Positions 41,322-51,945 are shown, counted from the stretch's first letter. The stretch is 64,000 bases of DNA from Opitutales bacterium (GCA_040398005.1 JBBAUX010000002.1:1-64000); one strand, 5' to 3'. A program made the numbers and translations. The notes: generated by a model not told the origin, from the letters alone.

Positions 41322-41788
41322 AGCCTCCCTTGCACATCGTTTTAATCTGTCCGGAAATTCCTCCGAACACGGGCAACATCGGACGCCTCTGCGCTGTCAC
41401 GGATTGTCGTCTGCACTTAATTCATCCGCTGGGTTTTTCTCTAGAAGATAAACAGCTGCGCCGTGCGGGTATGGATTATTGGCACGAGTTAGATGTACGT
41501 CATCATGATAACTGGGCGGCGTTTCTCGCCTCGCCTGACCGTCCTGAACGCCTATGGCTTTTTACGACTAAAGCTAAACAGGGAATCTGGGACGTAAAAT
41601 TTGAGTTAGGTGATGGTTTGGTTTTTGGAAATGAGGGATCAGGTGCGCCCGCCGAGGTCCACGCTTGGTTTGGTCCCGAACGCTCCACCAAAATACCTCA
41701 TTTAAATGAATCTCTAAGGTCACTGAATTTATCAACGGCCTGTGGAATCGCGACTTACGAGGCCCTTCGACAAATAAAATCAAAATAA
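41318..41788 (+). CDS. trmL: tRNA (cytidine/uridine-34 2'-O)-methyltransferase TrmL
   Basis: PEIPPNTGNIGR, RRAGMDYW, FGNEGSG, RSLNLS. Confidence 0.93.
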   Translation: MKPPLHIVLICPEIPPNTGNIGRLCAVTDCRLHLIHPLGFSLEDKQLRRAGMDYWHELDVRHHDNWAAFLASPDRPERLWLFTTKAKQGIWDVKFELGDGLVFGNEGSGAPAEVHAWFGPERSTKIPHLNESLRSLNLSTACGIATYEALRQIKSK

Positions 41789-41836
41789 CCGAGGCCGATA
41801 GTTGCCACTTAATTATTTTTCGTAATTTACTGAAGT

Positions 41837-42607
41837 ATGAAAAGTCTTGCTGATATTCGCCAACGTATCGCCCCCGCTCGCAAACGTTTACTGAAGCATG
41901 CCCTCTACGCACACATGGGCACGTTGAGTGATATCCAAAACTTTATGCAGTTTCACGCCTTTGCCGTTTGGGATTTTATGTCCTTATTAAAGCGACTGCA
42001 GCGTGATTTAACCTGCATCGACTTACCTTGGGTTCCCGTGGGCGATGCCGAAGTGCGATTTTTAATTAACGAAATTGTCTGCGGGGAGGAATCCGACGTG
42101 GATCCCAGTGGCACCCGCATTAGCCACTTCGAACTTTATTTACGGGCCATGAATCAGGCAGGCTCATCTACGAAGTCAATCCTCGCGGCGCTCGAAAGTG
42201 TAAAACGTAAATCTACGACTGCTGAGGCCTTAAAATTATCTGGCGTCCCCGCAGGAGCTGCTGAGTTTTCTGCTCACACTTTTAATTTAGCTACCCAAGG
42301 AAAATTACATGAAGTGGCCTCCGCTTTTACTTTTGGCCGCGAAGATTTAATCCCCGATATGTTTCATGAACTAGTCGTTAAGCTTAGTCAGGAGCACGCT
42401 GGTAAATTAGATACGTTTAAGTATTATTTAGAGCGCCATATCGAAGTCGACGGCGGTCATCACGGTGCCATCTCCCTGCGCATGGTTGAGTTGGTTTGCG
42501 GCAATGACGAAACTAAATGGGATGAAGCCGGAGCGGCCGCTTTAGGGGCTATTGAGTCCCGCATTAAATTATGGGATGCTATTGTGGCCTCTCAAAATAA
42601 GGCTTAA
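41837..42607 (+). CDS. DUF3050 family protein (heme-oxygenase-like fold)
   Basis: HAFAVWDFMSLLK, INEIVCGEESD, SHFELY, FGREDLIP, YLERHIEVDGGHHG. Confidence 0.85.
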   Translation: MKSLADIRQRIAPARKRLLKHALYAHMGTLSDIQNFMQFHAFAVWDFMSLLKRLQRDLTCIDLPWVPVGDAEVRFLINEIVCGEESDVDPSGTRISHFELYLRAMNQAGSSTKSILAALESVKRKSTTAEALKLSGVPAGAAEFSAHTFNLATQGKLHEVASAFTFGREDLIPDMFHELVVKLSQEHAGKLDTFKYYLERHIEVDGGHHGAISLRMVELVCGNDETKWDEAGAAALGAIESRIKLWDAIVASQNKA

Positions 42608-43743
42608 TCAAATTTCTCTAACACCTCCACGCCGATCGCATCGGCGCGAAGTCTACCTTCACCGGTGAGTTTGAAAAACTCTCCGTGTAGTTCCATGAGC
42701 CCTTCTTCAACGAGATCCGCAAATAGAATGGAAATACTTTTAGGTAGTTCGGTTTGAAAACGTTGAGCTAATGCAAAAGGCGAAATTCCGGAATTCAGTC
42801 GCAGTCCAAAAATAATTGAATCGGCCAATAAATCGTGATTTTTTAGATTCTTGGTTTGCTCGCGTACGGGCTGTCTGGCTTCGATGCCTTTAAGCCAGCC
42901 TTCAAGGTTTGCTGGGTTGGTCCATCGCTGCTGGTTCCACTGAGAGGAGGCCGATGGTCCGTAGCCGAGCCAATCACCCATATGCCAAGTAATCAGGTTG
43001 TGCTCACATTGATGTCCGGGTTTCGCAAAATTAGAAATTTCATATTGAGCATATCCTTCGCCCTCTAATTTCTCCCAAGTTTTTCGATAGAGAAAGGATT
43101 CTAAGTCTTTATCGATTTTTACTTTGCCCTGACTCATCTTAACAAACATCGCCGTGTCTTCTTCGAAGGTTAAGCAGTAGGTGGAAATATGATCAGGCTT
43201 TAACTCAATCACTCTGGTTAAGTCTTCCAGCCAACGTTGATCATCCTGTCCGGGAATGCCAAAAATAAGATCAAGATTTCGACTCTGAAATTTTGCCTCC
43301 TCAATTAATTTCCAAGCCTCCATGATTTGTTTAGGAGAATGGCGTCTTCCAAGTGTATCGAGTGTGACGTCATCAAAACTTTGTACGCCTAAGGATACAC
43401 GGGTGACGCCCGCTTCTTTGAGCGCCGCTAATTTATCTGCACGGACTGATGAAGGAGCTAGTTCCACTGACCATTCCTTGGGCTTGCCACCTGCGCGGAC
43501 CATCGTTCTTCCGAGAAGAAATAAATCTTCGGCGGGAAGTAAACCCGGGGTGCCTCCGCCCCAAAAGGCTGTATTTACGGGGCCACTCGGCATCAACTCA
43601 CACTCTTGCTCCATCGCATCCAGATAGCGGTCGATGTCGCCACGTTTGGGTTGCTCTTGATAGAACGCACAAAAATCACAGGTCGACGCACAGAAGGGTA
43701 CGTGAAAATAAATTCCCTTACCTAGTGTCTTGGCCTCGATCAT
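42604..43743 (-). CDS. hemW: Radical SAM heme chaperone HemW
   Basis: YFHVPFCASTCDFCAF, GGGTP, YEISNFA, HN..W. Confidence 0.9.
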   Translation of the reverse strand: MIEAKTLGKGIYFHVPFCASTCDFCAFYQEQPKRGDIDRYLDAMEQECELMPSGPVNTAFWGGGTPGLLPAEDLFLLGRTMVRAGGKPKEWSVELAPSSVRADKLAALKEAGVTRVSLGVQSFDDVTLDTLGRRHSPKQIMEAWKLIEEAKFQSRNLDLIFGIPGQDDQRWLEDLTRVIELKPDHISTYCLTFEEDTAMFVKMSQGKVKIDKDLESFLYRKTWEKLEGEGYAQYEISNFAKPGHQCEHNLITWHMGDWLGYGPSASSQWNQQRWTNPANLEGWLKGIEARQPVREQTKNLKNHDLLADSIIFGLRLNSGISPFALAQRFQTELPKSISILFADLVEEGLMELHGEFFKLTGEGRLRADAIGVEVLEKFD

Positions 43744-44285
43744 TCTAAGCCTAATTCTTTACGTCCCGCTTCGGAAATCATTCGCGGATTCCAAATGGGA
43801 TCCCACACAATCGATACTTCGGCGGATTCGACGCCAGATAGTAATTCAATTTTTGCTTTGGCGTCAGCGGCGATGACTGGACCCATACCACAGCCTTGTG
43901 CGGTTAAAGTCATTTTAACATTCACTATTTTTCCACCCTGAGTTCCGTCGGCTATATCGAGGTCATAAATAAGTCCAAGGTCGACAATGTTAATCGGAAT
44001 TTCTGGATCAAAGCATCCGCGTAAAGCTGTCCAAATCATTTCATCATTGAGCGGACCTTCGGTAGATTTTTGAGAATCTGGTTTTAATAAATTTTTCCCT
44101 TCTGGGCCTAATGCTGAAATATCATTTTCATTAATTCGAAAGAGTCCGAGGTTGGTCCGAACGGTAATCGAATTACCCAGCGCTTGAGTGACCGTCACCG
44201 TGGTGCCTTTCTCGAGAATCACAGTGTCGCCCGCTGGAATCAGGGTTGTGGTGCAGTCTTTGACGAGGGTAAAAGTTGTGGACAT
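43740..44285 (-). CDS. sufT: Fe-S cluster assembly protein SufT (DUF59, long form)
   Basis: VTQALG N-terminal domain; DPEIPINIVDLGLIY, MTLTAQGCGMG, VWDPIW. Confidence 0.85.
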   Translation of the reverse strand: MSTTFTLVKDCTTTLIPAGDTVILEKGTTVTVTQALGNSITVRTNLGLFRINENDISALGPEGKNLLKPDSQKSTEGPLNDEMIWTALRGCFDPEIPINIVDLGLIYDLDIADGTQGGKIVNVKMTLTAQGCGMGPVIAADAKAKIELLSGVESAEVSIVWDPIWNPRMISEAGRKELGLE

Positions 44286-44382
44286 AGCCACAAACTTAAG
44301 GTTCGTGGCAAGGAGGCAAGCGTGTCCGCATAAGATTGCTTCTTCGCTTGCCGAACTCGGGTGGTAGACTACCCCTATTTAT

Positions 44383-46167
44383 ATGCCAGTTTGGTTTAAT
44401 CCAGCACGTGAACTTGATGCTTTGCTCCGTAAGGTAGCACCGCAGGTCGCTGGTCTTGATTCTCATTTCGACCCTGAATTGCGCCCCTCCGATCCCCGGC
44501 ACGCCGACTTCCAAGCCAATGGAGTTTTGGCCGCCGCTAAAAGAGTGAAGCAAAACCCTCGTGCCCTCGCTACTTCATTACTTGAAGTGGTGCGTGCATC
44601 CGGAGAGTTAGACGAAAGTCTCATTGTGGCTGAAGTCGCTGGTCCAGGCTTCATTAATTTTAAACTTACCCCGATTGCGCTCGGCGCTTGGTTAAAAGAA
44701 TATCGCGACGAATCTAAGTGGCGTGCAGGTGCGGCGAAAATTATGGGCGGTAAAAAAGTAGTGATTGATTACCCCTCGCCCAATACCGCCAAGCAAATGC
44801 ATGTCGGACACTTACGTCCTATCGTCATCGGCGAAGCGGTGGCACGTTTAATTGAATTTTGTGGAGCGGAATTAATTCGCGATAATCATATTGGAGATTG
44901 GGGTACGAATTTCGGAATTCTTATTTTAGCGATTCGTCGCTCGGGATTTAAACTCGATGCTAAAAGCCCGACCGCGCTCGAAGACCTTGAGCGATTGTAT
45001 AAAGAGGGTAGTGTACAAACCAAGGCGGATCCTGCGGCAATGGATGCAGCTCGTGCAGAACTTGCTAAATTACAAACCGGAGACGCTGAAAACCTTAAAT
45101 TATGGGAGGAAATCGTGCAGGTTTCCAATGCTGCCTGTCAGCGTATCTATGATCAATTCGGACTAAAGAGTGACGTTATTCTCGGCGAATCATTTTACCG
45201 CGATAAGGTGGATCAAGTTTACACCGAGCTGCAGAAATGTGGATTAGCGGAAGAGAGTGAAGGCGCCTTAGTCGTTTGGGATGACGAAGAACCGCGCTTC
45301 TCTCGTCACGCCGAAACAAAGATGCCTTTTATTGTAAGAAAGAAAGATGGCTCTTCGAATTACGCATCGACTGATTTAGCTACGCTCCTTTATCGAGCTG
45401 AACATTTTAAAGCCGAAGAAATTGTCTACGTAACCGATGGACGTCAGCAAGACCACTTTCACCAACTTTTCCGAACGGGAACTCGCTGGTTTAATTCTAC
45501 CCAAAGAAAACTTCCACGTTTAAGACACGTTTGGTTTGGAACCATCTTGGGCGAGGACGGCAAAGCGATTAAAACAAAATCAGGAGACCCCGTTCGATTG
45601 CAGTCACTGATTGATGAGGCCACCGAACGTGCGTACGCCGCCGTCACTGAAAAAAGTCCAGAGATTCCGGAGCCCGAACGTCGCATGATTGCCCAAAGGG
45701 TCGGAGTCGCCGCACTGCGCTATGTCGATTTGGCGTCGAATCGCACGATGGACTACTCGTTCTCGTGGTCTAAATTATTAGCCTTTGAAGGTAATACCGC
45801 CCCTTATCTCATGTATGCTGCGGTTCGCGTTCGTTCAATTTTTAGGAAGAGCGGTATCGCTTTAGGTCAAGGCGAAGAGGGTGCCTCCGATTTAGAAACG
45901 CCCGAGGAAATCTCACTCGCCCGAAAACTTTTAGGTTTCACCGCAGCTTTAGATTCCGCCCTCGAGGACCTTCGTCCGCACCACTTATGCACTTACTTGC
46001 ATGAGTTAGCCGCCGCTTACGGGACTTTCTATGCCGCAAATTCAGTGAATGATCCAACGTTGCCGGCAGCGACTAAAGCTCGTCGCTTAATGCTCTGTGC
46101 TCGTACTTGTTCGATTTTAGAAACGGGTTTGCGCTTATTAGCGATTGAGCCTGTTGAGCGCATGTAA
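44383..46167 (+). CDS. argS: Arginine--tRNA ligase
   Basis: AGPGFIN, SPNTAKQMHVGHLR, GDWGT, KTKSGD, EGNTAPYL. Confidence 0.96.
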   Translation: MPVWFNPARELDALLRKVAPQVAGLDSHFDPELRPSDPRHADFQANGVLAAAKRVKQNPRALATSLLEVVRASGELDESLIVAEVAGPGFINFKLTPIALGAWLKEYRDESKWRAGAAKIMGGKKVVIDYPSPNTAKQMHVGHLRPIVIGEAVARLIEFCGAELIRDNHIGDWGTNFGILILAIRRSGFKLDAKSPTALEDLERLYKEGSVQTKADPAAMDAARAELAKLQTGDAENLKLWEEIVQVSNAACQRIYDQFGLKSDVILGESFYRDKVDQVYTELQKCGLAEESEGALVVWDDEEPRFSRHAETKMPFIVRKKDGSSNYASTDLATLLYRAEHFKAEEIVYVTDGRQQDHFHQLFRTGTRWFNSTQRKLPRLRHVWFGTILGEDGKAIKTKSGDPVRLQSLIDEATERAYAAVTEKSPEIPEPERRMIAQRVGVAALRYVDLASNRTMDYSFSWSKLLAFEGNTAPYLMYAAVRVRSIFRKSGIALGQGEEGASDLETPEEISLARKLLGFTAALDSALEDLRPHHLCTYLHELAAAYGTFYAANSVNDPTLPAATKARRLMLCARTCSILETGLRLLAIEPVERM

Positions 46168-46169
46168 TC

Positions 46170-46571
46170 ATGGAAGAGCCTGAATTAAAAATTAATCGTG
46201 GTGAAATTATTTCACGGGGGCTAGTGTGTCGCTGTCCCAATTGTGGTGAATACGGACTCCTAGAGTCCTGGTTTCATTTGCGAAAAGCTTGTAGTGAGTG
46301 TCAGATGGATTTAACCCGCTCGGCTGGATTTTACTCGGGTACTACTTCCATCGGTTATGTTGCTTCGATTATTTTCATTATTCTTCCCGTTATATTTTTA
46401 GTGATCAATCAAACCCTCTCCGTGCGCGCGGGTATTCTGATCTCAATTTTTGGCAGTATGAGTTTTATTATCCTCATTTACCCCCTGATGCTTTGTTGGA
46501 TGGTGATGGTCTATCACGTCGCTCTGCCTGGGGAATTGCCTGCCAATACCGATAGTAATCCCAATAAATAG
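46170..46571 (+). CDS. DUF983-like Zn-ribbon membrane protein
   Basis: RGLVCRCPNCG..CSEC followed by two TM helices. Confidence 0.75.
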   Translation: MEEPELKINRGEIISRGLVCRCPNCGEYGLLESWFHLRKACSECQMDLTRSAGFYSGTTSIGYVASIIFIILPVIFLVINQTLSVRAGILISIFGSMSFIILIYPLMLCWMVMVYHVALPGELPANTDSNPNK

Positions 46572-46578
46572 CCAGATA

Positions 46579-46608
46579 TTGACATCCATCTTCATATCTT
46601 GATACGAT
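46579..46608 (+). promoter_or_regulatory. Sigma70-type promoter for probably leaderless metF
   Basis: TTGACA (46579-84), 18 nt spacer, TACGAT (46603-08), 7 nt, ATG 46616. Confidence 0.65.
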
Positions 46609-46615
46609 GATACAT

Positions 46616-47497
46616 ATGCCTAAGGCAGAATTTATTAACCGTTTGCGGGCCAAGCATCGGCCGACTGTTTCGGTGGAGTTTTTTCCACCCAAAACATCGT
46701 CGGATGGTGCATCTATGTTGGAAACGGCAAAAATTCTCAAACCTCTGGGCGTAGACTTTGCTTCGATTACTTATGGTGCAGGTGGTTCGGACCGCTCTAC
46801 GGTTTTAGAATATGGCAGCCAATTGGTTAAAGCCGGTTACCCACTCATTGCCCACTTAACTTGTGTGGGGCATAGTAGGGAAGAGCTAAAAGAAATTATC
46901 AGCAAATATGATGTTGCCGGCTTTGCAGGTATTCTCGCGTTGCGTGGCGATCCGCCTAAGGGTCAAAACGAATTCATCGCCCACCCTCAAGGTTTTGCCT
47001 ATGCTTCGGGCCTAGTTGAATTGATTAAAGAAAGTTTTCCGAATCGTTTTGCCTTAGGAGTCGCCGGTTTCCCCGAAAGACATCCTTCGTCGCCCGACGA
47101 CTTATCGGATATCCGTTATTTAGCCGGAAAAGTTTCCGCAGGCGCAGATTTTATTACCACCCAACTTTTCTTAGACAACGAAGACTATTTTAACTTCGTG
47201 AATCGGGCTCGTGCGGCGGGAGTTGCCGTCCCGATTTTACCAGGGATTATGCCGGTATTATCTTTGAAGCAGGCCCGTCGATTCTGTGGATTTTGTAAGG
47301 CTAAAATCCCTGATTTATTGGTAAAGGAATTAGAGTCCTGTGGGGAGGACGAAGAAGCGCAACGCCAGGTGGGTGTTTCTTGGGCAGTGCGACAAATTAA
47401 GGGTCTGCTCAGTCGCGGTGCACCTGGCTATCACGTTTATATTCTGAATCGTGCACAGTCGGCGGTAGAATTATTTAAGCAATTAGAAGCTAAATAA
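46616..47497 (+). CDS. metF: 5,10-methylenetetrahydrofolate reductase
   Basis: SVEFFPPK, SITYGAGGS, AHLTCVG, LALRGDPP, ITTQLF. Confidence 0.95.
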   Translation: MPKAEFINRLRAKHRPTVSVEFFPPKTSSDGASMLETAKILKPLGVDFASITYGAGGSDRSTVLEYGSQLVKAGYPLIAHLTCVGHSREELKEIISKYDVAGFAGILALRGDPPKGQNEFIAHPQGFAYASGLVELIKESFPNRFALGVAGFPERHPSSPDDLSDIRYLAGKVSAGADFITTQLFLDNEDYFNFVNRARAAGVAVPILPGIMPVLSLKQARRFCGFCKAKIPDLLVKELESCGEDEEAQRQVGVSWAVRQIKGLLSRGAPGYHVYILNRAQSAVELFKQLEAK

Positions 47498-47517
47498 CTG
47501 TTTGTAGATTTTGTTGC

Positions 47518-48822
47518 GTGTGCCAGATTCAAGCCGTGCCGGAATTGTCATCCCATAAACCTTTTTCTTGGCGACGAGCAGGAACATGGGCGTTCTATGA
47601 TTTTGCGAATACGGGTTTTGCGATGGTCGTACTGGCCCTAATCTGGCCACAGATGTTTCACCGCTATTGGGGCCAGGGTCTAGATCATCAAACCGAATCG
47701 ATCACCTTTAAGTTAAGTCAGGCCACTCCCTGTTTATTAATATTCTTAGTGGCACCCTTCTTAGGTCAGTTAGCAGAAACCGGTCACTTCCGCCTTCGGG
47801 CACTCCGTTGGTCGGTCGTCCTCGGCGTTATTTTCACCTGCGGACTTTCCTTTGTCCCGGCCAGCGAGTGGTTTTACTCGGCTTTACTTTATACACTAGG
47901 CGCCGTCGCTTTTTTCTGTGCGAGCACTTTTTACGATTCCATGATTGTGGATTTTGCTCCGCCAGGCCAACGCCATTTCATTAGCGGAGTGGCCTATTCA
48001 TTGGGCTTCGTGGCGGGCTTAATTATTTTAGTCTGTCTCGCTTTAGGTTTCTTTGCGGGCGACTCTTTACGTTGGATTTATTTAGCGGCGGGTCTTTGGT
48101 GGCTTATTTTCTCACTCCCCCTTTTACTTTATCCCGACGAGCGTTCCGCGCATGTGCCGAGTTTGTCACTCCGCCAAGTGTTTTATGCCACCGTGCAAAC
48201 GAGCAAAGAACTTTGGGCCGATGTCAAAGTCCGTTGGTTTTTATTAGCTTATATTTTATATATTGATGGTCTCCACGCGGTGAAAACTTCGGCGGCTCAC
48301 TTTGGGGCAGTCTTAGGTTTCGGGGAGATGGATTTAATCAAAGCTTTCTTAGTCGTCCAAATCATCGGCGTTCCGGCCGCCCTTATTTTTGGCTGGTTGG
48401 GAAATCGTTGGGGCGCGGTCCGGATGATCGCTATTGCTTTAGTGGGTTACATTTTTCTCACAGTGTTCGGCTCACAAATTCAACCCGGTAATTTAACCCT
48501 GCTGAATTTCACTTTCCCGTCGGTTTGGTTGATTGCCGCAGGTGTGGGATTGGTGCAGGGCGGAGTGCAGGCCTTGAGTCGCTCTTACTTTGCTGAACTC
48601 GTGCCGCTAGGCCGGGAAGTCGTCTACTTCGGCTTTTACAGTATGATGGGCAAGTTTGCTGCATTCATCGGACCTTTGTTGGGTGCGTTAGCCGGCTGGG
48701 CTTTTGCTAGTCCAACCGATGATACCTCAGCCGAGCGTATCGGCTTCGCTTCTTTCGCCTTACTTTTTATTTTGGGACTTATTTTACTCACTCACTCCCA
48801 CCGCGTGAACAAAGTTAAATAG
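47518..48822 (+). CDS. MFS transporter (UMF1/Atg22-like)
   Basis: WAFYDFANT, about 12 TMs, QALSRSYFA, FGFYSMMGKFAAFIGP. Confidence 0.85.
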   Translation: MCQIQAVPELSSHKPFSWRRAGTWAFYDFANTGFAMVVLALIWPQMFHRYWGQGLDHQTESITFKLSQATPCLLIFLVAPFLGQLAETGHFRLRALRWSVVLGVIFTCGLSFVPASEWFYSALLYTLGAVAFFCASTFYDSMIVDFAPPGQRHFISGVAYSLGFVAGLIILVCLALGFFAGDSLRWIYLAAGLWWLIFSLPLLLYPDERSAHVPSLSLRQVFYATVQTSKELWADVKVRWFLLAYILYIDGLHAVKTSAAHFGAVLGFGEMDLIKAFLVVQIIGVPAALIFGWLGNRWGAVRMIAIALVGYIFLTVFGSQIQPGNLTLLNFTFPSVWLIAAGVGLVQGGVQALSRSYFAELVPLGREVVYFGFYSMMGKFAAFIGPLLGALAGWAFASPTDDTSAERIGFASFALLFILGLILLTHSHRVNKVK

Positions 48823-51799
48823 TCGCGAGAATCTTCTCACTAATTTCTTTGACGGGAAGTTGATTGAGTAAGACAGGAGAGAGGCGATTCGGATTAATCT
48901 GAGGTAATGCCGTGATGTGCTCACTCAGAATGAGTCCGCGATTGGCGGCGACTTCATCCACGCGATCCACGGGGGTGAAGCGTGGAGTAGATTGCAGAAC
49001 TTGTGGGTGCGACCGGATGAGTTTACCAATCTCAATCACCGTTTCCGCAAAGCGATTGAGTTCGTCCTTGGTGTAGGACTCCGTCGGCTCAATCATTAAA
49101 CCAAAAACTTCAGGGAAGGCTACGGTCGGTGCGTGAAAACCGTAATCGAGGAAAAGTTTTCCGACCCGACTAATAATATTCGGTTTAGGAATGCCCGAAG
49201 TTTCGATTAATTTAAAATCATCGGCTGAAAGCGTGATAATAAATTCGTGCATACGGGGAATCGATTCCGCCGCGGTCGGTAATGAAGGGTAGTGCCCCGA
49301 GAGTTTTGAATGGAGGTAACGGCTGGATAGAACTGACATCGCAGACATGCGGGTGACGCCCTCGCGTCCGAGGCGCTGTAGATAGGTGTACACCCGAACT
49401 TTGTGAGCGAAGTTGCCCCAGTGGCGGTGGAAAGATCCAATGCTGTATTTGGGTTTTACCGGAATAAACTGTGTTCCTTGTTTTTCGATTTGGAAGCCTG
49501 GCAGGAAATCGACGAGTCGTGAGGATACTCCGACAATGCCATCGCCAGGTCCGCCACCGCCATGGGGGACAGTCCAAGTTTTGTGTAAATTATTATGGAC
49601 GGCGTCGACGCCCAGAGCTTCGAGATTTATCCAGCCTGCGATGGCATTCATATTGGCTCCATCCATGTAAACCAGTCCGCCCGCTGCGTGAATCGCATCT
49701 GCCATTCTTTTGAAGTCTGTTTCAAAAACACCTGAGGTATTCGGATTCGTGACCATCATGCCTGCAATACGCCGACCGAGTTCACGAATTTTCGAATCAA
49801 AATCGTTTTGATCGACGCGACCATCGGGGGAGGATTTTAAAATAACGATTCCCGAGGGTGCACCATCCGCCCGTTTCTTGTTGATAAATCCAGCCGTCGT
49901 TGCCGTCGCAAAATTCGTACCGTGTGCACTGGATGGTATGAGTAAAATATCGCGATGACTCTCTCCGCGTTTTTGGTGGTAGGCTTGAAAAAGTTTAATG
50001 CCAACGAGTTCGCCTTGGGCACCAGCGACAGGTTGTGTGGTGATACCAGGTAGACCCGTGATGGCCTTGAACCATTCTTGGATCTGCCATAATAATTCGA
50101 GACTACCTTGGCTGTCCTCAAGCGGTGCCTGTGGATGGAGTTGGGTGAATCCGGGTAAGTTGGCCGCCCAATCATTGATGTGCGGGTTGTACTTCATCGT
50201 ACAGGATCCGAGAGGGAAGCAGCCGGTATCGGGCGAAACATTTAATTCCCCGAGTCGGGTGTAGTAATCTTTTAATTCCGTTAAGCTGAAGGAAGGAAGT
50301 TCGACGGGTTGTTGACGAAGTAAATGAGAAGGTACATCGGCTAGTGCTGCCTCTGACTTCGAACTACCATAAAGTTTTTCAAAGAAGGTTACCAACTCAT
50401 CGGCTTCAGCTTCGGTTTGAATATCGCTGAAGGAAATTTTTAGTAGCGAACAGTGACAGGGGGTTCGTCCGGTAATATCTACGCCGACATGCAATCCTGC
50501 TTGGCGACCTTTTTGAATCACATCCTTGGCTGGCTCGGGTAGCATTAAACTGAACTCATTCCAAAACGCCTGTTTAGCGTAACAAATTTTTAATCCCGCA
50601 ATTCCGCCGAGTTTTTTAGCGACCCGGTGGGCGAGCTGGAATCCCTGGGCGCAACTTTGGGCCATACCATTTTCACCGCGTGCGAGGATAGCCGCACCCG
50701 CGATGGTTGCGATAAAGGCCTGGTTGGAGCAGATATTTGAAGTAGCTTTATCTTTGCGGATGTGTTGTTCGCGGGTCGCCATGACCATCACGATACAATC
50801 TCGTCCGGCATTGTCTTTGGCCTTGCCGACGAATCGTCCGGGCGTTTCACGCACTTCATTTTTGTGTTCAGCATTATGACGAACCGCGAATATTCCCAAG
50901 CCTGGTCCGCCGAAATTAGCACCGATGGCAAGATGTTGACCTTCTCCAATAATAATATCCGCCCCTTGTTTGCCGTACTGACTCGGGGCCTTTAATCCAC
51001 CGGTTGCGAGGAGCATCGGATCAATAACGGCAATTGAACGCACTTTAAGTTCGGCGCATACATCGGTAATGGCATCGACGTCTTCAATGAGTCCGAGGTG
51101 ATTGATTTGCGGAAATATAAAGGCCGCTACTTTTCCTTGGTGCTCACAAATCTTTTCTTTGAGTTGTTTTGTGCAAACGCAACCGGTGTCGGAATGACTA
51201 GAAACAAAATCTAGTTGTACCGAAGTCTCCGCGCAGTGAGTTTTTAAAACTTCGATATCGGATGGAAGTAAATTGTCGGCGACGAGGATGACGTTGGCTT
51301 CCGCCTCAGAAAGACGAGTGGCGCATACAGCGGCTTCGAAGAGGGCACTCGCCCGATCGTAGAGTGAAGAATTGACTGCTTCAAATCCTGTTAGTTGGGC
51401 TAAGGTCGATTGATAAAGCCAATGCGTAATCAGAGTGCCCTGTGACCGTTCGGGCTGATACGGGGTGTAGGAGGTGGTGAGATTCCGAATCGAACAAACG
51501 TGTTGGACGATTTCGTGTGTTCGATAAACTTGTAATCCGTCACCTAAGAAACTTTTTTTAATCTGATTCTTTTTAGAAAGATCAGACATGCGTTGTGCTA
51601 ATTGATTGTACTCTAATTCGTCGGGCAGCGCTAAGGGCTCACTAAATTTTACGGTAGCCGGAATGTGGGCATACAGATCGTTAAATTCTTTCAGTCCAAT
51701 CGCGGCAAACATGGAACGAATATCAGTCTCGCTCGCAGGGATGTAGTGGCGTGAAAGCTCCCGATTTATTTTTTCTGGATTAAACGGGAGCTGAACCAT
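48815..51799 (-). CDS. gcvP: Glycine dehydrogenase P-protein, single chain resembling a GcvPA+GcvPB fusion
   Basis: YTPYQPERSQG, TREQHIRKDKATSNICSNQ, PLGSCTMKYNP, SAHGTN, NLHKT (PLP Lys), PHGGGGPG, MIEPTES. Confidence 0.93.
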   Translation of the reverse strand: MVQLPFNPEKINRELSRHYIPASETDIRSMFAAIGLKEFNDLYAHIPATVKFSEPLALPDELEYNQLAQRMSDLSKKNQIKKSFLGDGLQVYRTHEIVQHVCSIRNLTTSYTPYQPERSQGTLITHWLYQSTLAQLTGFEAVNSSLYDRASALFEAAVCATRLSEAEANVILVADNLLPSDIEVLKTHCAETSVQLDFVSSHSDTGCVCTKQLKEKICEHQGKVAAFIFPQINHLGLIEDVDAITDVCAELKVRSIAVIDPMLLATGGLKAPSQYGKQGADIIIGEGQHLAIGANFGGPGLGIFAVRHNAEHKNEVRETPGRFVGKAKDNAGRDCIVMVMATREQHIRKDKATSNICSNQAFIATIAGAAILARGENGMAQSCAQGFQLAHRVAKKLGGIAGLKICYAKQAFWNEFSLMLPEPAKDVIQKGRQAGLHVGVDITGRTPCHCSLLKISFSDIQTEAEADELVTFFEKLYGSSKSEAALADVPSHLLRQQPVELPSFSLTELKDYYTRLGELNVSPDTGCFPLGSCTMKYNPHINDWAANLPGFTQLHPQAPLEDSQGSLELLWQIQEWFKAITGLPGITTQPVAGAQGELVGIKLFQAYHQKRGESHRDILLIPSSAHGTNFATATTAGFINKKRADGAPSGIVILKSSPDGRVDQNDFDSKIRELGRRIAGMMVTNPNTSGVFETDFKRMADAIHAAGGLVYMDGANMNAIAGWINLEALGVDAVHNNLHKTWTVPHGGGGPGDGIVGVSSRLVDFLPGFQIEKQGTQFIPVKPKYSIGSFHRHWGNFAHKVRVYTYLQRLGREGVTRMSAMSVLSSRYLHSKLSGHYPSLPTAAESIPRMHEFIITLSADDFKLIETSGIPKPNIISRVGKLFLDYGFHAPTVAFPEVFGLMIEPTESYTKDELNRFAETVIEIGKLIRSHPQVLQSTPRFTPVDRVDEVAANRGLILSEHITALPQINPNRLSPVLLNQLPVKEISEKILATI

Positions 51800-51945
51800 G
51801 ACTGAAAGTGTAAACGAACCGCCTGCTCTGCAAATACTCTGTTAAACTATTTTTTATTATAAGTTAAGTCTGTGGTAGTCATAAGCATCGGAGGGGGCTT
51901 AATCAGTTGTTTGCTTTTAGGCTAATTTCGAATTATGGCTTAACC

